DNA from: Woeseiaceae bacterium
GTDB taxonomy: Bacteria; Pseudomonadota; Gammaproteobacteria; Steroidobacterales; Woeseiaceae
Length of the DNA: 64,000 bases
Direction of reading: 5' to 3'
Assembly: GCA_965601785.1 (NCBI GenBank)
Contig: OZ271838.1
Location: 3,698,916 to 3,762,915 of the forward strand
In this document: in pieces, positions 63,370-64,000 of the stretch
Position numbering within the stretch: the stretch's first letter is position 1
Layout of the letters: every line of letters begins with the position of its first letter
Made by a program: the position numbers and the translations under genes
The notes under the pieces: model-generated
The model's input: only the letters and a program-made list of their open reading frames with translations
The model's database searches: none
What the model was told of the DNA's origin: nothing

Positions 63370-64000
63370 ATGGACCTGCTCGACCTGGCCCGAGGGCCGA
63401 TCTTCCAGGCAGCGATCTACGTATTCGTGATCGGCATATTCTGGCGCCTGTTCGGCATCTTCTTCCTGCAGAAGAAGCCCGACCATTCAACGCCGCGGCA
63501 ATCCGCGGGTCTTGGCGCCGCGCTGCGGACAATCGTGTCGCGGACCGTGGGACCGACGGGCTTCAGCGATACGCCGAAGATGCCCCGAGCCCTCAGCACC
63601 GGACTGCACCTCGGGCTGTTTGTCGTCGTCTTCCTGTTCGTGCCGCACATCGTGTTCTTCGAGGACATCTTCGGCATCGACTGGCCGGGACTGCCCAACA
63701 ACGTCATCTATTTTGTCGGCGTGATCACGGTTGGCATCGGCATGTACCTGCTGGTCCGGCGGCGTACGCACCCGGTGCTCAGGCTCATCTCGAACTTCGA
63801 TGACTATTTCAGCTGGTTCGTGACGATGCTGCCGCTGCTGACGGGCCTCGCGATGCCGATTCGCTTCGGCGTGCGCTACGAAACGCTACTGGCAGTGCAC
63901 ATCCTGTCGGTGGCACTGCTGCTCGTCTGGCTGCCCTTCGGCAAACTGGCTCACGCCTTCCTCGTCTTTTACTCACGCGGCGCGACCGGCATGGTCTTCG
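63370..64000 (+). CDS. isp1: Isp1-like NarI/DsrM-type membrane b-cytochrome (partial, runs off the window)
   Basis: Not in the ORF track because there is no stop in the window. My translation from the ATG at 63370 is open to 64000. It shows 5 hydrophobic helices with conserved His (VPHIVFF, AVHILS) and a PFGKLAH motif typical of the NarI/DsrM family. Confidence 0.65.
   Translation, partial: MDLLDLARGPIFQAAIYVFVIGIFWRLFGIFFLQKKPDHSTPRQSAGLGAALRTIVSRTVGPTGFSDTPKMPRALSTGLHLGLFVVVFLFVPHIVFFEDIFGIDWPGLPNNVIYFVGVITVGIGMYLLVRRRTHPVLRLISNFDDYFSWFVTMLPLLTGLAMPIRFGVRYETLLAVHILSVALLLVWLPFGKLAHAFLVFYSRGATGMVF

Overview
This is a GC-rich bacterial chromosomal segment, probably proteobacterial (about 60-65% G+C by eye, not computed), with about 65 tightly packed protein genes. 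I found no rRNA, tRNA, CRISPR array, transposase or integrase. Many long ORFs in the supplied track are antisense GC-frame artefacts or carry spurious N-terminal extensions. The track also prints GTG/TTG starts as M. I therefore re-picked starts from internal ATG/GTG codons, Shine-Dalgarno sequences and neighbouring stop codons.

From 1 to 44.5 kb the content is ordinary:
- transporters (NSS, MarC, AbgT, YhhQ, CaCA);
- a persulfide-dioxygenase-like MBL / TauE / DUF442 / heme-DUF3365 operon behind a perfect-consensus sigma70 promoter;
- oligopeptidase B, GabD, AsmA, FadD and Lrp-PhhA-PhhB-SDR;
- a NarL-type two-component pair;
- a membrane-anchored FGE-fold / alpha-beta-hydrolase fusion;
- an AlkA-like glycosylase and a Tat-exported carotenoid-cleavage-type oxygenase;
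- leucine catabolism (IVD, MCC beta and alpha), several hydrolases and a FadL-type outer-membrane channel.

From 44.6 to 64 kb there is a dense sulfur/hydrogen lithotrophy island with four parts:
- (i) a complete type-I sHdr locus (dsrE3-shdrC1B1A-H-C2B2-orf148-lbpA-arsR);
- (ii) directly upstream, a dedicated lipoate-assembly operon (HDAC-fold deacylase, two radical-SAM LipS-type proteins, the LplA-type ligase sLpl(AB), and a GATase1-fold protein lacking the catalytic triad);
- (iii) divergently, dsrE2-like-tusA, then yeiH-sorAB;
- (iv) the start of an Isp-type [NiFe] hydrogenase locus (protease, HupH-like, hynS, isp1, truncated by the window end).

The sHdr/LbpA system plus its private lipoate-maturation machinery is the standout. 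The core is known from Hyphomicrobium denitrificans and other sulfur oxidisers, but three components here look uncharacterised to my knowledge: the deacylase, the pseudo-amidotransferase and a Cys-rich 148-aa ORF. All functional calls rest on motif or family resemblance read by eye; no database search was possible.
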